Shown here one piece after another: positions 38,440-48,868 of a stretch of 64,000 bases of DNA. The stretch covers positions 1,293 through 65,292 of the forward strand of contig CAYWQM010000011.1 in assembly GCA_964460215.1 (NCBI GenBank). The letters are read 5' to 3'. The stretch's first letter is position 1. Every line of letters starts with the position of its first letter. The stretch is from an uncultured Lentisphaerales bacterium. Lineage in GTDB: Bacteria; Verrucomicrobiota; Lentisphaeria; JABSQK01; CAJWLW01. The notes under the pieces are model-generated. The model saw only the letters and a list, made by a program, of their open reading frames with translations. It searched no databases and was not told the origin of the DNA. Position numbers and translations under genes: made by a program.

Positions 38440-39567
38440 ATGAATCAAGAGAATAATAGAAAGTCCGTTCACGCCCAGGCAACCGACGGCGATTACCCGG
38501 CAAAAACATTCACAGCCGAAGAGCTGACGGCCTTCGGCGTCGCCTTGTTGACCTCTGCCGGCACCAGTGCAGAAGAAGCGCAGGCGGTCACCGCTGAGCT
38601 GGTTGCCGCCGACGCAGCGGGGCACCCGAGTCACGGCATCATGCGGCTCATTCAATACGTGAACTTCATTGAAATCGACTTGATCAAGCCAAGCGCCCGC
38701 CTGAAAGTCGTCAGTGAGGCGCCCGGCGTCGACGTGTTTGACGGACAGTTCGGGCTCGGTCAGTTCCTGATGCGTGAATTCCTGGATATCGCCTACCGCA
38801 AAGCGCGCGAGCATGGCAGCTACACCGCCTTCGCCCGTCACTTCAATCACATCGGACGGCTCGGTTCCTATGCCGAGGATGCGGCACGCAACGGCTTCCT
38901 CGCCATGATGATGGTCAACGTCAACGGCGCCTCCCGCGTTGCTCCCTACGGCGCCGCCGAGCCGCGGCTCGGGACGAATCCGATCTGCATTGCCATGCCC
39001 AACGGTGATGACTGGCCAGTCATGGTCGATACCGCGACTTGCGTGACGGCGGAAGGCAAGGTGCGCATAGCGATGCAAAACGGCATGCCGCTGCCAGACG
39101 GACAGATCATCGACAAGGACGGCAATGCAACCAATGACCCCACCGACTTCTATACGGAGCCGAGCGGTGCGATCCTGCCGATGGGCGGGCCGGTCGGCTA
39201 CAAAGGCTCCGGCCTGGCGGTCATGGTAGAGATGATGTGCGGTATCCTCTCAGGTGCCGGCTTTGGCCGGCACGACGTCGCGGTCGGCACGAATGCCGTC
39301 TGGCTCAATCTCGTCGACCTCGGACAAGTCATCGACACAGAACATTACGCGGCAGAGACCAAACGTTTCGTCGAGTACATCAAGCATTCACAACCGCTGC
39401 CCGACGTCGACGAAGTCATGCTCCCTGGAGAAGTCGAACGCCGCCGCACAGAATCCGCAAAACTGAACGGCATCCAGGTGCTGGGCGGTACCTGGCATCA
39501 GCTCTCAACGCTGGCTGCGGAACGCGGCGTGGAGACGCCAGCCGGGATTACAGGTGCACCGGAGTAA
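38440..39567 (+). CDS. Ldh_2-family (non-Rossmann malate/L-lactate/sulfolactate-type) oxidoreductase
   Basis: ADAAGHPSHGIMRL, NHIGRLG, GTNPICIAMP, ILPMGGPVGYKGSGLA, VMLPGE. Confidence 0.92.
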   Translation: MNQENNRKSVHAQATDGDYPAKTFTAEELTAFGVALLTSAGTSAEEAQAVTAELVAADAAGHPSHGIMRLIQYVNFIEIDLIKPSARLKVVSEAPGVDVFDGQFGLGQFLMREFLDIAYRKAREHGSYTAFARHFNHIGRLGSYAEDAARNGFLAMMMVNVNGASRVAPYGAAEPRLGTNPICIAMPNGDDWPVMVDTATCVTAEGKVRIAMQNGMPLPDGQIIDKDGNATNDPTDFYTEPSGAILPMGGPVGYKGSGLAVMVEMMCGILSGAGFGRHDVAVGTNAVWLNLVDLGQVIDTEHYAAETKRFVEYIKHSQPLPDVDEVMLPGEVERRRTESAKLNGIQVLGGTWHQLSTLAAERGVETPAGITGAPE

Positions 39568-39668
39568 TCGGCATACGAACCGCCTTGATTACTTTTCCAC
39601 GCCAACTGGCAGCAATAGACATGCTTGACCGTATAGGCAACGACACATCACCGAAATGATTGATTAAC

Positions 39669-42600
39669 ATGAAAGATGAAAGGCGCAATGAGCTAACTCA
39701 ATTATTGCTGCAGCATCTTCATTCCGGGACGGTAAATCTCGGCGATGTACGGGACGTGCTCGAGGAACTGTTGCCGGGCACTCCGCCGCCGCTTGCCGAG
39801 TTGCACGAGTTCCTGGACGATGATTCGTCACCTGCGATTCGTCAGTTGCAGCAGACCATCTTTCAACAGATGCTGTCCGACGCACGGCAGTGCCATGACC
39901 GCACCGTCGCCGGCGATACCCCGGAAACCACTGCGCAGCAACTGGGGCTGTCGGCCAATGTTCACATCGGCTGGCGTGATGAAAAAGGCCTGCTGCCAGT
40001 CGTACACGCCGTCACCAATTGCCTGCGTGATAAACTGTTCCTGGATGGCCGGGACGAGTTGTACGAACTCCAAAACAAAATCGACGGTTACTTTCAAGAT
40101 TCGCTGCGATCTTATTTCGAGTTCCCCGCGCGCTGGCATGGGTTCGATCCCAGCTCCGTCGCCGGCGAATTCGAGCAACCCGTCGCGGCCCTCGTGGAAC
40201 AACGGCATGACGCAGCACTCTCCAGGGTCACGCAGGGACTCGACGCATTGCCGGCACCCATACCCGGAGACGTCGACGAAGCGTTGCTGATGACCGAGCT
40301 CAAGAGTCGGTTTACGGCAGCCACGACGCGTGCGGAACAACTAGATCTCCTGGATGTTGCCCTGTGCTGGCCGGGTGACATCGCGGCTGGTGTGATTCGC
40401 GACTTGTGCCTTGAGGAATGGGCCCAATGCCGCACCATGCTGATGCTGGCAATGCGGTTCGGCCGGTCGGACATCGACCACTGGGCAGCTGCCGTGCGGT
40501 GGCTGGATGCGCAAATCGTGGCACGCAACAACCGGCTGCAGGCCCTCCGTTCAAAGTACGAGGAGGCCACCCCGTACCTCCTGTTCCTCTGGTCGATTGA
40601 CGCGGGCGATCAGACAAGTGAATTGTCACTGACACTGCATGACGACCTGAAACAGCGAGCCGCAGCGGGTGATCTCGGAAAATTCGTCGCGGTGTGGCAC
40701 AATCACATGAGTCCGGCAGAACTCAATCAGCTCACCGGCCGACGGACCACCGAGGAGACGGTCGCAGTGGATGCCGACCAGACAGGCGTGCCCGACGTTG
40801 CGGGCGACGGCGAACAGCGTCCGCCCAGTGGGAACGCACCGGCATTTTGGGCAGAGCACATCCGGCCGTTGCTCCATGAAAACTGGTACATGGTCGTTGG
40901 CTTAGTGATGGTGATCGTCGGGACATCGTTGCTCGCCTACTTTACGTGGGACAAGCACTGGCTGATGCGCTACACTGTCATGCCGGCATTGTTGACCGGG
41001 TTGACAATCGGCTTTGCGGAATCCGGCAACTGGCTCGAACGACGATTCGCCGAGCTGCGCGGTACTGCGATCATGATTCGCGCTGCCGCGATCGGGTTAT
41101 TACCGGTCAACTTCATGGCGGTCGCGCTGTTGAGCAACGACAGCCAGGTTGCGACCCATGTAAAATGGGCGTTGCCCGTCATGATGCTGGTGTACATGGC
41201 GGTGTTCGGCTGGGGCCTCATCCGTTGGTGCAGAGCGGTACATCAACCGTCAGCAGGGCGACTGTACCCGACGCTGTTGGCGCTCAATCTGATTGTACCG
41301 GCAGGCGCGATCATCCGTTTTTTCCACGTGCCTGAAGACGCAGTCGTCATTGTCCTGTGCCTGCTGCTATACCTCGGCTTCATCGTCTTGGCTGAGACGA
41401 TCCGGTCATTCGCGCAAAAGCAATTGACCCGCGACATGATCATTGATCGGCTGATTCCCTGGTTTGTTGGCGGCGTCCTGGTGCTGACCTATGTCGAGGT
41501 GTTCGCCTGGGTGCATTGGGTCCTGCACATCGTTCCACAGGCCCGCCACTATGCCATGCTGGTGGTGCTGGCCGGTGGTTTGATCATGCTGGTCGAGCGC
41601 GAGTATCACCGCAAGCTCAGTGGCGATGTTCCTTACCTGCCGGAATCCTTCATCGGATATGCAGCGATCGTTGTCGGTATCCTGATGGGCTTCGGCGATC
41701 AATACGTCCGCATCGCCGTGCTGGTGCTGGCAGGGGGCCTGTGGTTGTACCAGGCGACCCTTCGCAAAGGCGAAGCTCATCACTGGGTGGGGCTGACACT
41801 ACTGGCAATGGGCTGGGCCGCAATCGGCACCTTGGACGCGTTCCCTCGCCGTATGGAACTTAACCTGCTGCCCATCCTGGGGCTTTGCATCGCCCTGGGG
41901 ATCGGGGCGATTCGCGCGCTGGCAAGGCGTTTCGGCAATGTCGAATTGACCTCGGCAGCGACGGAGTTCCAACCCGCAATTTTGTTTTTGACGGCGATTG
42001 TGAGCATACTCTCACAGTGGCATTATCGGTCGGCGCCACTGACAACCGGACTGACGCTGATTGTGATCGCCGCCTTTTTCGCTTGGCGCGCCTACCGGGC
42101 ACAACGCTTAAGTTGGGTGCATTCGACCATGGCGCTCCTCGCACTTGCGTTGCCGTATCTGGGTTGTGTCGATATGGGCGGACGCAGTCTGCATGGAAAC
42201 ACGCTGGTGTTCGGACTGGCCATACTCAGCTTCTTATGGCTCGCCATGGTCCATTGGAGACAGTCCGGCTTGTTGCGCCGGGCCCGTTCCACGGTGCTGT
42301 TTGCTTACGGTGCAGTCGCGGTGGCGGCGATGGTGGTTCGCGTCGTGATGGAACGCGGCCGATTCGGTGAAACTGACGCGGTATGGCTGACACTCGACCT
42401 TTGCGGGCCCATCCTGATGGCCGTCGTCCTGGCATTTGCCGCGTACCACTCCCGCTCGTTGATCCCCGGGCTTATGGCGGCAGTGATTATGGCTGTGCTG
42501 TTTCCTGAGTTGAAGCAGGGACTGCAAGACCGTTTGCCGATCTACGGATGGGGCTCCGGATTGGCCAGTGCAATCTCCGCACTGGCGCTATGCCTGGTTG

Positions 42601-45600
42601 CTTTTCCACTATTCCAAAGCCCGCGGCTCAAGGCGCTGGGTGAAGGTGATCTGTTTCTGGGACACACGCCATTCCCCATGCAGCGACGGGATTCCACGCT
42701 GTTCACTATTCCGATGCTGAGTGCCGCGATTTTTTTGTGCGCCAAGGTCAACACGTGGAGCGTATGCCGGAACCTCATCGGACCAGACGGTGTCGGGCTG
42801 AAAACCGCGGTCGCTTTGACGCTGACCGGCACGGCATGGACACTGCTGGCGATATTGTTGCGGCGGCGGCCGTGGTCGACGATTATGGTTCATCTGGGCT
42901 GGCTCAGTTTTTTCTTGAGCATCACGGTGTTCGTTGCTTTCCATTACGGCTATACGCTCAGGCTGTCGACCCTGTATGGGCATCCCGAATGGCCGCTGGC
43001 GATCTTGTTCACCGGCATCCTGCTGCAGCTGCTATGCCTCTTTTACCACTACTTCGAACACCGCCTGGAGTGGCTCGGCGCAACACTGCGCACGCCTACG
43101 GAAACAGTTCTTCGGATAGGCAGTATGGCTGGTGGAGCCTTGCTCTGTGTCCATCTTATAATGCTGCCATCGCGCCCCAGCGTGGCGGCGCTGTGTGTGT
43201 TTGTGGCGATGCAATTGTTCTGGAGCGCCTGTAAATCTCAAAAACGCGAACCTGCCGCGAGCCTCAAAGGGGGCCTGCTGTTTTTCCTGGCGTTGGTATG
43301 CGTGTTGTCTTGGACCGCGCCTGGTACAGGGCCGCTGATCCCACGCCTGACCTTCGAGTATTCCTTCTCGCCGCTGCTGTTGCTGGTGATCGTCACGCAG
43401 CTGGTCTGTCTCGCTTTCGAATGGGGCCGTGAGCGATACGATCGCTTTGCCCCAGTACTGGTGCCGTGGCAAGTGGGTACATCTATCCTCGCACTTTCGG
43501 TTGCCGTGGCAGCGGTTTACGACGTGCTGCTGTTGCCGCCGTTGACAATTACCCTTAGCCAGCAGATGCTGCTCGGTGCAGCCCTGTTATTGACTGCACG
43601 AACAACCGGCTCCGGTGCCTTTGTGCTCTTTGCAGTCACCATCGGTTTCTTCATCGCCAACGTCGATGCCCTGATGGAAATCGCAAGCCCCGTGCGGAGC
43701 TGGTCGAACCCGGATGTCGTCTGGCAGCGCGTCGTTTACCTGATGACACCGTGGCGCGGTGCAACGTTGATGATCGCCTTGGCCGTGGTCGGCGCAATCG
43801 GTCGCCTGATGCATCAACAGCTTACTGCGCGATGGCTGATGATCGGGTCCTATCCCGCGATTCAACGGTTTGTACCTGCCAGCAGCTGGCTTTTTGCCCC
43901 GGCCATCATGCTGGCTTGGCTGCTGCCGCTCACGCATGCCATGACACCGATCTATCGCCAGGACCCGGCACACCTGTGGGCGCCGTACCTGGGGGCATTG
44001 ACTTGCCTGATCGTTGCCTGGTCGTGGCGGCAATACGCTGTGCTTCCGCGCGCGCTCGGGCTGGGCGCCGGCACCCTGCTGGCGCTCGCAAACGTTCACA
44101 TGATCAACATCCTGTTCGGCAATCACGGCAGGCTGGCAACGCTGGTTGGCGACGCGGGCAAAGGGCTGTCGCATATTCATATCGTCTGCCTTGGTTTCGC
44201 GTTTACGATGCTGCAGACGATAGGGGTACGTATCGCTGTACGGCACGCGGGAAGTCGATGGATTGTGACCTTCGGCAACTTGATCCTGGCCGCACTCATC
44301 CTGATGTTGCTGGCCTTCAATTACCTCGTGCATCCCGATGTCAGTCAGGTAACATCTCTGCGCCTGGTGGTCTCAGGCCTGCTTGCTTTCGGTGCTGGGC
44401 ATTATCTCCGGCATCTGTCGCGATCGAATGTTTTGGGCGATAAAGCGCAGTCCATGTGCAAGGGGTTTTATCACTATGGCGTGACCTTGGCCCTCTGGTG
44501 CCTGGCCTTGCTGATCCCGGCGATGCGCGACCCGAGTCACGCGCTTTATGCCCTTGGCATTGCACCGGTTTATTTTTACTTGCGGGCGGAATTCATGCAC
44601 CGGGACGGCGGGGTGCACGCGAAGGCGTTGCAGTACCATCACTCAGCGACATTGCTGGCCTTTGCGCTGCTGGCGTTGTTCGTGTTCAAGGCCGCCTTCC
44701 AGATGATCCTGTTTCCAAATGCAGTTATCGACACCAGCTACTATCATCTCAACGCCCCGCTGGTCATGCTGTTGTCGATTTTGTTGTTCCGCCTGCACGG
44801 GCTGGGCGGCACGTGGTGGTTGGCATTTTACGGCGGGGCCGCCCTGGTCACCGGGACATATTTCTTCATTACCTGGTGCCCGGGGCTTTCACCCTTCGAC
44901 AGTTACATGCCCGCTGCCTGGGTTGCCGTGGCAATAGCGCATTTGTTTACTCTCGCGAGTCATCAGCGGTCACCGGTGCGGGCGCTGCTTCAAGAGATCG
45001 CACGAATCGACGGCGAGACGTGGCTCGAATTGCGCCGGTCCTGGGGCTACTTCATTCTGGTCGCATCACAGCTCCTGGTGCTGCTGGGGGTTCTGGACTT
45101 CCGATCAGACACGTATCAAGTCGCACCGTTGCTGGTGGCGGCGGCATCCGTCTGGATTCATCACGGGGCAATCCGGCGTTCGACCGTCTACTTCCTTGTT
45201 GCGGCTGTGCAATTGCTGATGGCCTTGCACATGGATTTCGTGATAGCCAGCCACCTCGATCGCGATCATGTCATCTGGGTACTCGTAACGCTGTGGGCCG
45301 GCATCGTATTCGGCCGCCCGCTCCTGCGCCGGCGCTTGCCATTGAACCAGCTCCGGGTGATTGGGCTGGCTTTTTGTCTTGCCTGCGTGCCACACGTCTT
45401 TTATCATCGACCTGATTCGGCGGTTGGGCTTTGGGCCGTATTTTTCATAGCAATCATCCTGGCATTCACGCCACGTGCCACCAAGCACCCGCAGGGCCGG
45501 AGCGAGCATGGCGTCGGCCTGGCGATGCTGATCGCGCCGCCGTGGCTCGCCTTTTTCATGAGCGTGGATTTCGCATCGTTCGGTCTCGCCGCAGTCGTGC

Positions 45601-46787
45601 AGCCATTACCCATCCTGCTCACCAGCGCAGTTGTCATGTTCGTCGGCTATATGGCGCATCGTTGCGAGGTCGAGTTCGCTCCGGCGTTTGAACGGCATGA
45701 AACGATGCAGCCACGCATCTGGCACCAGACCCTTGGGGCAATGACGCAGGTTGGGAAGCGGCTGCATACACTGGGGATGGCACTGGCTTTCGTGGCGCTG
45801 TCCGGGTTGTTTGTGCTGCGCTATAATTTGCCATATTCAGCGCTCGAGATGATGCTGTGCGTTGGGCTGTGGGCTGCGCAGTCGGTTTTGTGGTTCCGCG
45901 AAGGACGTGAATGCAAATCCATCGCTGCCAACGCCATTGCACAGGCGGCTGTCGTAGGTCTGTCTCTGGTCATGCGTCGCCAGTTGATGCTGACACATCC
46001 AGAGGTGTGGACGACTGAGTATGACGTCTGGGCGGCGCTCGCGGTGTCGATGTGTATGACCGGCGGCAAACAGCTGATCGACAAACAGAGCAGAGAACTC
46101 CAACTGCCGTATCTGGTTTCGCTCTGTGTCCTGCCTGTGCTGGTGATCGTATGGGTACTGGTGCACGGACTGGGAACGGATATCGGTCTGATAGTGGTGT
46201 TGCTGTACAGCGCGATGTTCACATTCCTCGGCAGGGGGTCAGGCAACTCACCATACAACATCGTGGCGGTGGGCGGGTTTGTTGCCTTCGTGGCGATCCT
46301 TTTCTGGAGCAAGCTCGAACTGCGGGTCTTGCATGCATACGTGATTCCGGCCGGGGTCGGCATTCTGGCGCTGGTGCAGATGTTCGGCAACGAGCTCAGC
46401 CAGCGCTTACGCATGCAGATCCGTGCCGCAACCCTTGCCGCGATGCTTGGGACGACCGCCTATCACGCGCTGCTCGACGATCGTTATCAACCGGCGTTTC
46501 ATATCACGATGTTGTTGCTGAGCCTGGCGATCATGGCTTGTGGAACGCTGTTCCGAATACGGGTCTTTCTATTGTTCGGGGCATGCGGTGTCCTGGTCGA
46601 TCTCTGCACGATCTTTTACAAGGTCACCATCCGTCTCGACGGCCACTACCAGATGACATCATTCGGCGTCATCATCCTGCTTGTGGGGATCGTCCTCGTT
46701 GCCGGAACCGCTTACTACAAGACGCAGCGGCAACAATTCGAGGAGCGCCTGGACGCCTTGCGCGCCTTTTTGGGACGCTGGGACTGA
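39669..46787 (+). CDS. Giant polytopic membrane protein (2,372 aa; DUF2157/SCO7613-like)
   Basis: Uninterrupted 7.1-kb ORF; about 400-aa soluble N-terminus, then roughly 50 or more hydrophobic segments; ENW..VGLVMVIVG and LLPVNF motifs. Confidence 0.8.
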   Translation: MKDERRNELTQLLLQHLHSGTVNLGDVRDVLEELLPGTPPPLAELHEFLDDDSSPAIRQLQQTIFQQMLSDARQCHDRTVAGDTPETTAQQLGLSANVHIGWRDEKGLLPVVHAVTNCLRDKLFLDGRDELYELQNKIDGYFQDSLRSYFEFPARWHGFDPSSVAGEFEQPVAALVEQRHDAALSRVTQGLDALPAPIPGDVDEALLMTELKSRFTAATTRAEQLDLLDVALCWPGDIAAGVIRDLCLEEWAQCRTMLMLAMRFGRSDIDHWAAAVRWLDAQIVARNNRLQALRSKYEEATPYLLFLWSIDAGDQTSELSLTLHDDLKQRAAAGDLGKFVAVWHNHMSPAELNQLTGRRTTEETVAVDADQTGVPDVAGDGEQRPPSGNAPAFWAEHIRPLLHENWYMVVGLVMVIVGTSLLAYFTWDKHWLMRYTVMPALLTGLTIGFAESGNWLERRFAELRGTAIMIRAAAIGLLPVNFMAVALLSNDSQVATHVKWALPVMMLVYMAVFGWGLIRWCRAVHQPSAGRLYPTLLALNLIVPAGAIIRFFHVPEDAVVIVLCLLLYLGFIVLAETIRSFAQKQLTRDMIIDRLIPWFVGGVLVLTYVEVFAWVHWVLHIVPQARHYAMLVVLAGGLIMLVEREYHRKLSGDVPYLPESFIGYAAIVVGILMGFGDQYVRIAVLVLAGGLWLYQATLRKGEAHHWVGLTLLAMGWAAIGTLDAFPRRMELNLLPILGLCIALGIGAIRALARRFGNVELTSAATEFQPAILFLTAIVSILSQWHYRSAPLTTGLTLIVIAAFFAWRAYRAQRLSWVHSTMALLALALPYLGCVDMGGRSLHGNTLVFGLAILSFLWLAMVHWRQSGLLRRARSTVLFAYGAVAVAAMVVRVVMERGRFGETDAVWLTLDLCGPILMAVVLAFAAYHSRSLIPGLMAAVIMAVLFPELKQGLQDRLPIYGWGSGLASAISALALCLVAFPLFQSPRLKALGEGDLFLGHTPFPMQRRDSTLFTIPMLSAAIFLCAKVNTWSVCRNLIGPDGVGLKTAVALTLTGTAWTLLAILLRRRPWSTIMVHLGWLSFFLSITVFVAFHYGYTLRLSTLYGHPEWPLAILFTGILLQLLCLFYHYFEHRLEWLGATLRTPTETVLRIGSMAGGALLCVHLIMLPSRPSVAALCVFVAMQLFWSACKSQKREPAASLKGGLLFFLALVCVLSWTAPGTGPLIPRLTFEYSFSPLLLLVIVTQLVCLAFEWGRERYDRFAPVLVPWQVGTSILALSVAVAAVYDVLLLPPLTITLSQQMLLGAALLLTARTTGSGAFVLFAVTIGFFIANVDALMEIASPVRSWSNPDVVWQRVVYLMTPWRGATLMIALAVVGAIGRLMHQQLTARWLMIGSYPAIQRFVPASSWLFAPAIMLAWLLPLTHAMTPIYRQDPAHLWAPYLGALTCLIVAWSWRQYAVLPRALGLGAGTLLALANVHMINILFGNHGRLATLVGDAGKGLSHIHIVCLGFAFTMLQTIGVRIAVRHAGSRWIVTFGNLILAALILMLLAFNYLVHPDVSQVTSLRLVVSGLLAFGAGHYLRHLSRSNVLGDKAQSMCKGFYHYGVTLALWCLALLIPAMRDPSHALYALGIAPVYFYLRAEFMHRDGGVHAKALQYHHSATLLAFALLALFVFKAAFQMILFPNAVIDTSYYHLNAPLVMLLSILLFRLHGLGGTWWLAFYGGAALVTGTYFFITWCPGLSPFDSYMPAAWVAVAIAHLFTLASHQRSPVRALLQEIARIDGETWLELRRSWGYFILVASQLLVLLGVLDFRSDTYQVAPLLVAAASVWIHHGAIRRSTVYFLVAAVQLLMALHMDFVIASHLDRDHVIWVLVTLWAGIVFGRPLLRRRLPLNQLRVIGLAFCLACVPHVFYHRPDSAVGLWAVFFIAIILAFTPRATKHPQGRSEHGVGLAMLIAPPWLAFFMSVDFASFGLAAVVQPLPILLTSAVVMFVGYMAHRCEVEFAPAFERHETMQPRIWHQTLGAMTQVGKRLHTLGMALAFVALSGLFVLRYNLPYSALEMMLCVGLWAAQSVLWFREGRECKSIAANAIAQAAVVGLSLVMRRQLMLTHPEVWTTEYDVWAALAVSMCMTGGKQLIDKQSRELQLPYLVSLCVLPVLVIVWVLVHGLGTDIGLIVVLLYSAMFTFLGRGSGNSPYNIVAVGGFVAFVAILFWSKLELRVLHAYVIPAGVGILALVQMFGNELSQRLRMQIRAATLAAMLGTTAYHALLDDRYQPAFHITMLLLSLAIMACGTLFRIRVFLLFGACGVLVDLCTIFYKVTIRLDGHYQMTSFGVIILLVGIVLVAGTAYYKTQRQQFEERLDALRAFLGRWD

Positions 46788-46933
46788 ACTGACTTCCAAA
46801 ATCAATACCTCGTATCGCATCAGGTGGCAACGCTTCGTCCGATCGATCATTCGGCACGTTCCGAAATCGCCAGCATTATACCGAGACATCTTCGAATCAT
46901 TCTTTCGTCAAGGCCATTGAACCAATCGGAAAA

Positions 46934-47005
46934 TGTCTGGACAGACTAATTGGGACAGACTAATTTGGACAACTGCGGCTTAGGGACAGCAGGCAACTCA
47001 GGACA
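46934..47005. promoter_or_regulatory. Array of GGACA motifs (operator-like) upstream of the transketolase-like gene
   Basis: GGACA at 46939, 46953, 46967, 46984, 47001; GGACAGACTAATT twice; TGTC-TG-GACA dyad at 46934-46943. Confidence 0.45.
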
Positions 47006-47023
47006 AAACAATTGGAGACAATA

Positions 47024-48868
47024 GTGACGGATCGTGGTGAACTGATCAAACACCTGACCGAGAAAGCGCGGTTTCTGCGAATCAATGCACTGGCACTGAA
47101 CAACCGCACACTGCATGCCGGCGGTGCATTGTCCTCGTCCGATCTGCTGGCTGTGCTGTTCTATCATGTCCTGCGGATCGATCCGCAGAACCCCGACTGG
47201 GCGGACCGCGACGTTTTCATCAATTCCCGCGGACACGCCTGCGAGCCGCTGTTTGTGGCGATGGCGGATCTGGGCTTTTTCCCGTGGGACGACCTGCAGA
47301 ATATCGAAGAAGCCGGCTGCCACCTGCACGGTCTGAGCGCGACCACGACGCCGGGGGTGGAAATTTCCATGGGCTCGCTGGGTACCGGCATTTCCATCGC
47401 CTCCGGCATGGCGTTGAGCATGCGCACACAGCAGCGCCCGGGTCGCGTATACATCATCACCGGCGACGGCGAGCTGCAGGAAGGACTGTCCTGGGAAGGG
47501 GCACTGACGGCAGCTAAATACGGCCTCGAAAACCTGGTAGTCATCGTCGACCGCAACAAGTACCAGTCAAATGACCGCGGCACGGAACAGGTGATGCCGC
47601 TCGAACCGCTGGACGACAAGTTTCGCGCCTTCGGCTTCGCAGTGCGGCGCATCGATGGGCACGACATCGGCCAGATCCTCGAGGCGCTCGAGGCAGCACC
47701 GCTCGCCAGTGGCAAACCGACCTGCATCATCGCCGACACGATCAAAGGCAAGGGCGTGTCATTCCTGGAGTCGGGGCACATCCATTGCGGCCGCTTCGGT
47801 CGTGACATCGATCCGGAACTGCTGAACCAGGCGATTGCCGAGCTGGAGACCGATAGCGCCGCACCGTTGCTGCGCATCGACGTGCGCCGGCAATGTGATT
47901 CGGTCAACGAGATTGCCCTCGGCTCAATTGCCAATGTGTTCAGCGAAAAGCTGCACGAATGGGCAGCGAAAGACCCGCGGGGCTGCTATCTCGGTGGCGA
48001 TACGATGGACGCGGCGTTCCAGGAAAAGTATCCCGCCCGCGCCTTCGACGTCGGTCTCGCCGAGCAGGACGAGCTCGGCCTGGCGACCGGGCTGGCGATG
48101 CAGGGCATGATTCCATTGATCCAGGCGTGGGCACCGTTCACGCCGCTGCGCAACTTCGACCAGTTGCGGACCTATCTGTGCCGACACAATTGCAACGCCA
48201 AAATCATCGGCTGGACGCTCGGCCTGGTCAACAACTCGCACGGTACGACGCATCACGATCTCGAAAGTACCGCACTGTACCGGGTCGTACCGAATCTGAC
48301 AGTGCTCACAGCCTTCGACGACGACCAGTTTCGCCAGGCCTTCGATGCGGCTATGGCGATCGAAGGGCCGGTCATCGTACTGGGGCCGCCCGAGCACTAC
48401 GCACCAGGTGCCGACGGTCTCGAGGAGTTGCCGCTGCCGGCGCACGACGACTACGTTGTCGGCAAGAGCCAGTGGCTCTGCCGCGGCAGCGACGCAACTA
48501 TCGTCACCTACGGCCCGGCCCTGCGCTATGCCTGGCAGGCCGCCGAGAAACTGCGCGCCGACGGTGTGGCGGTCGGCATCATCAACACCACATCAATCAA
48601 ACCATTCGACGCCGACATCATCGCCGAAGCGGCAGCCGCAGCGCCAACAATGCTTGCGGTTGAGGAGCAGACGGTGATCGGCGGCGTCGGCAGCGCCGTC
48701 GCCGAGGTGATTGCCGAGCGCCGTTTGACGACAGCATTCCGCCGCATGGGCATTGCCGATCAATTCGTCGAAGACGTCGGCGACTGGACCTACTGCCGAG
48801 CCGGCGTCGGACTGGCAATCGACGACGTCATACGGAATGTTCAAGAACTTACACAAAGAGGTTCATGA
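47024..48868 (+). CDS. Transketolase-like ThDP enzyme (N-terminal and C-terminal sections of the split type fused)
   Basis: GGAG RBS then GTG; LHAGG, RGHA, PGVEISMGSLGTG, GDGELQEG..DRN, TIKGKG; DVGLAEQ, THH, VEEQTVIGGVGSAVAE. Confidence 0.88.
   Translation: MTDRGELIKHLTEKARFLRINALALNNRTLHAGGALSSSDLLAVLFYHVLRIDPQNPDWADRDVFINSRGHACEPLFVAMADLGFFPWDDLQNIEEAGCHLHGLSATTTPGVEISMGSLGTGISIASGMALSMRTQQRPGRVYIITGDGELQEGLSWEGALTAAKYGLENLVVIVDRNKYQSNDRGTEQVMPLEPLDDKFRAFGFAVRRIDGHDIGQILEALEAAPLASGKPTCIIADTIKGKGVSFLESGHIHCGRFGRDIDPELLNQAIAELETDSAAPLLRIDVRRQCDSVNEIALGSIANVFSEKLHEWAAKDPRGCYLGGDTMDAAFQEKYPARAFDVGLAEQDELGLATGLAMQGMIPLIQAWAPFTPLRNFDQLRTYLCRHNCNAKIIGWTLGLVNNSHGTTHHDLESTALYRVVPNLTVLTAFDDDQFRQAFDAAMAIEGPVIVLGPPEHYAPGADGLEELPLPAHDDYVVGKSQWLCRGSDATIVTYGPALRYAWQAAEKLRADGVAVGIINTTSIKPFDADIIAEAAAAAPTMLAVEEQTVIGGVGSAVAEVIAERRLTTAFRRMGIADQFVEDVGDWTYCRAGVGLAIDDVIRNVQELTQRGS

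Noticed and set aside
46934-47005. GGACA array as a CRISPR
   Set aside because: Units are 14-17 nt with no unique spacers, and there are no cas genes.
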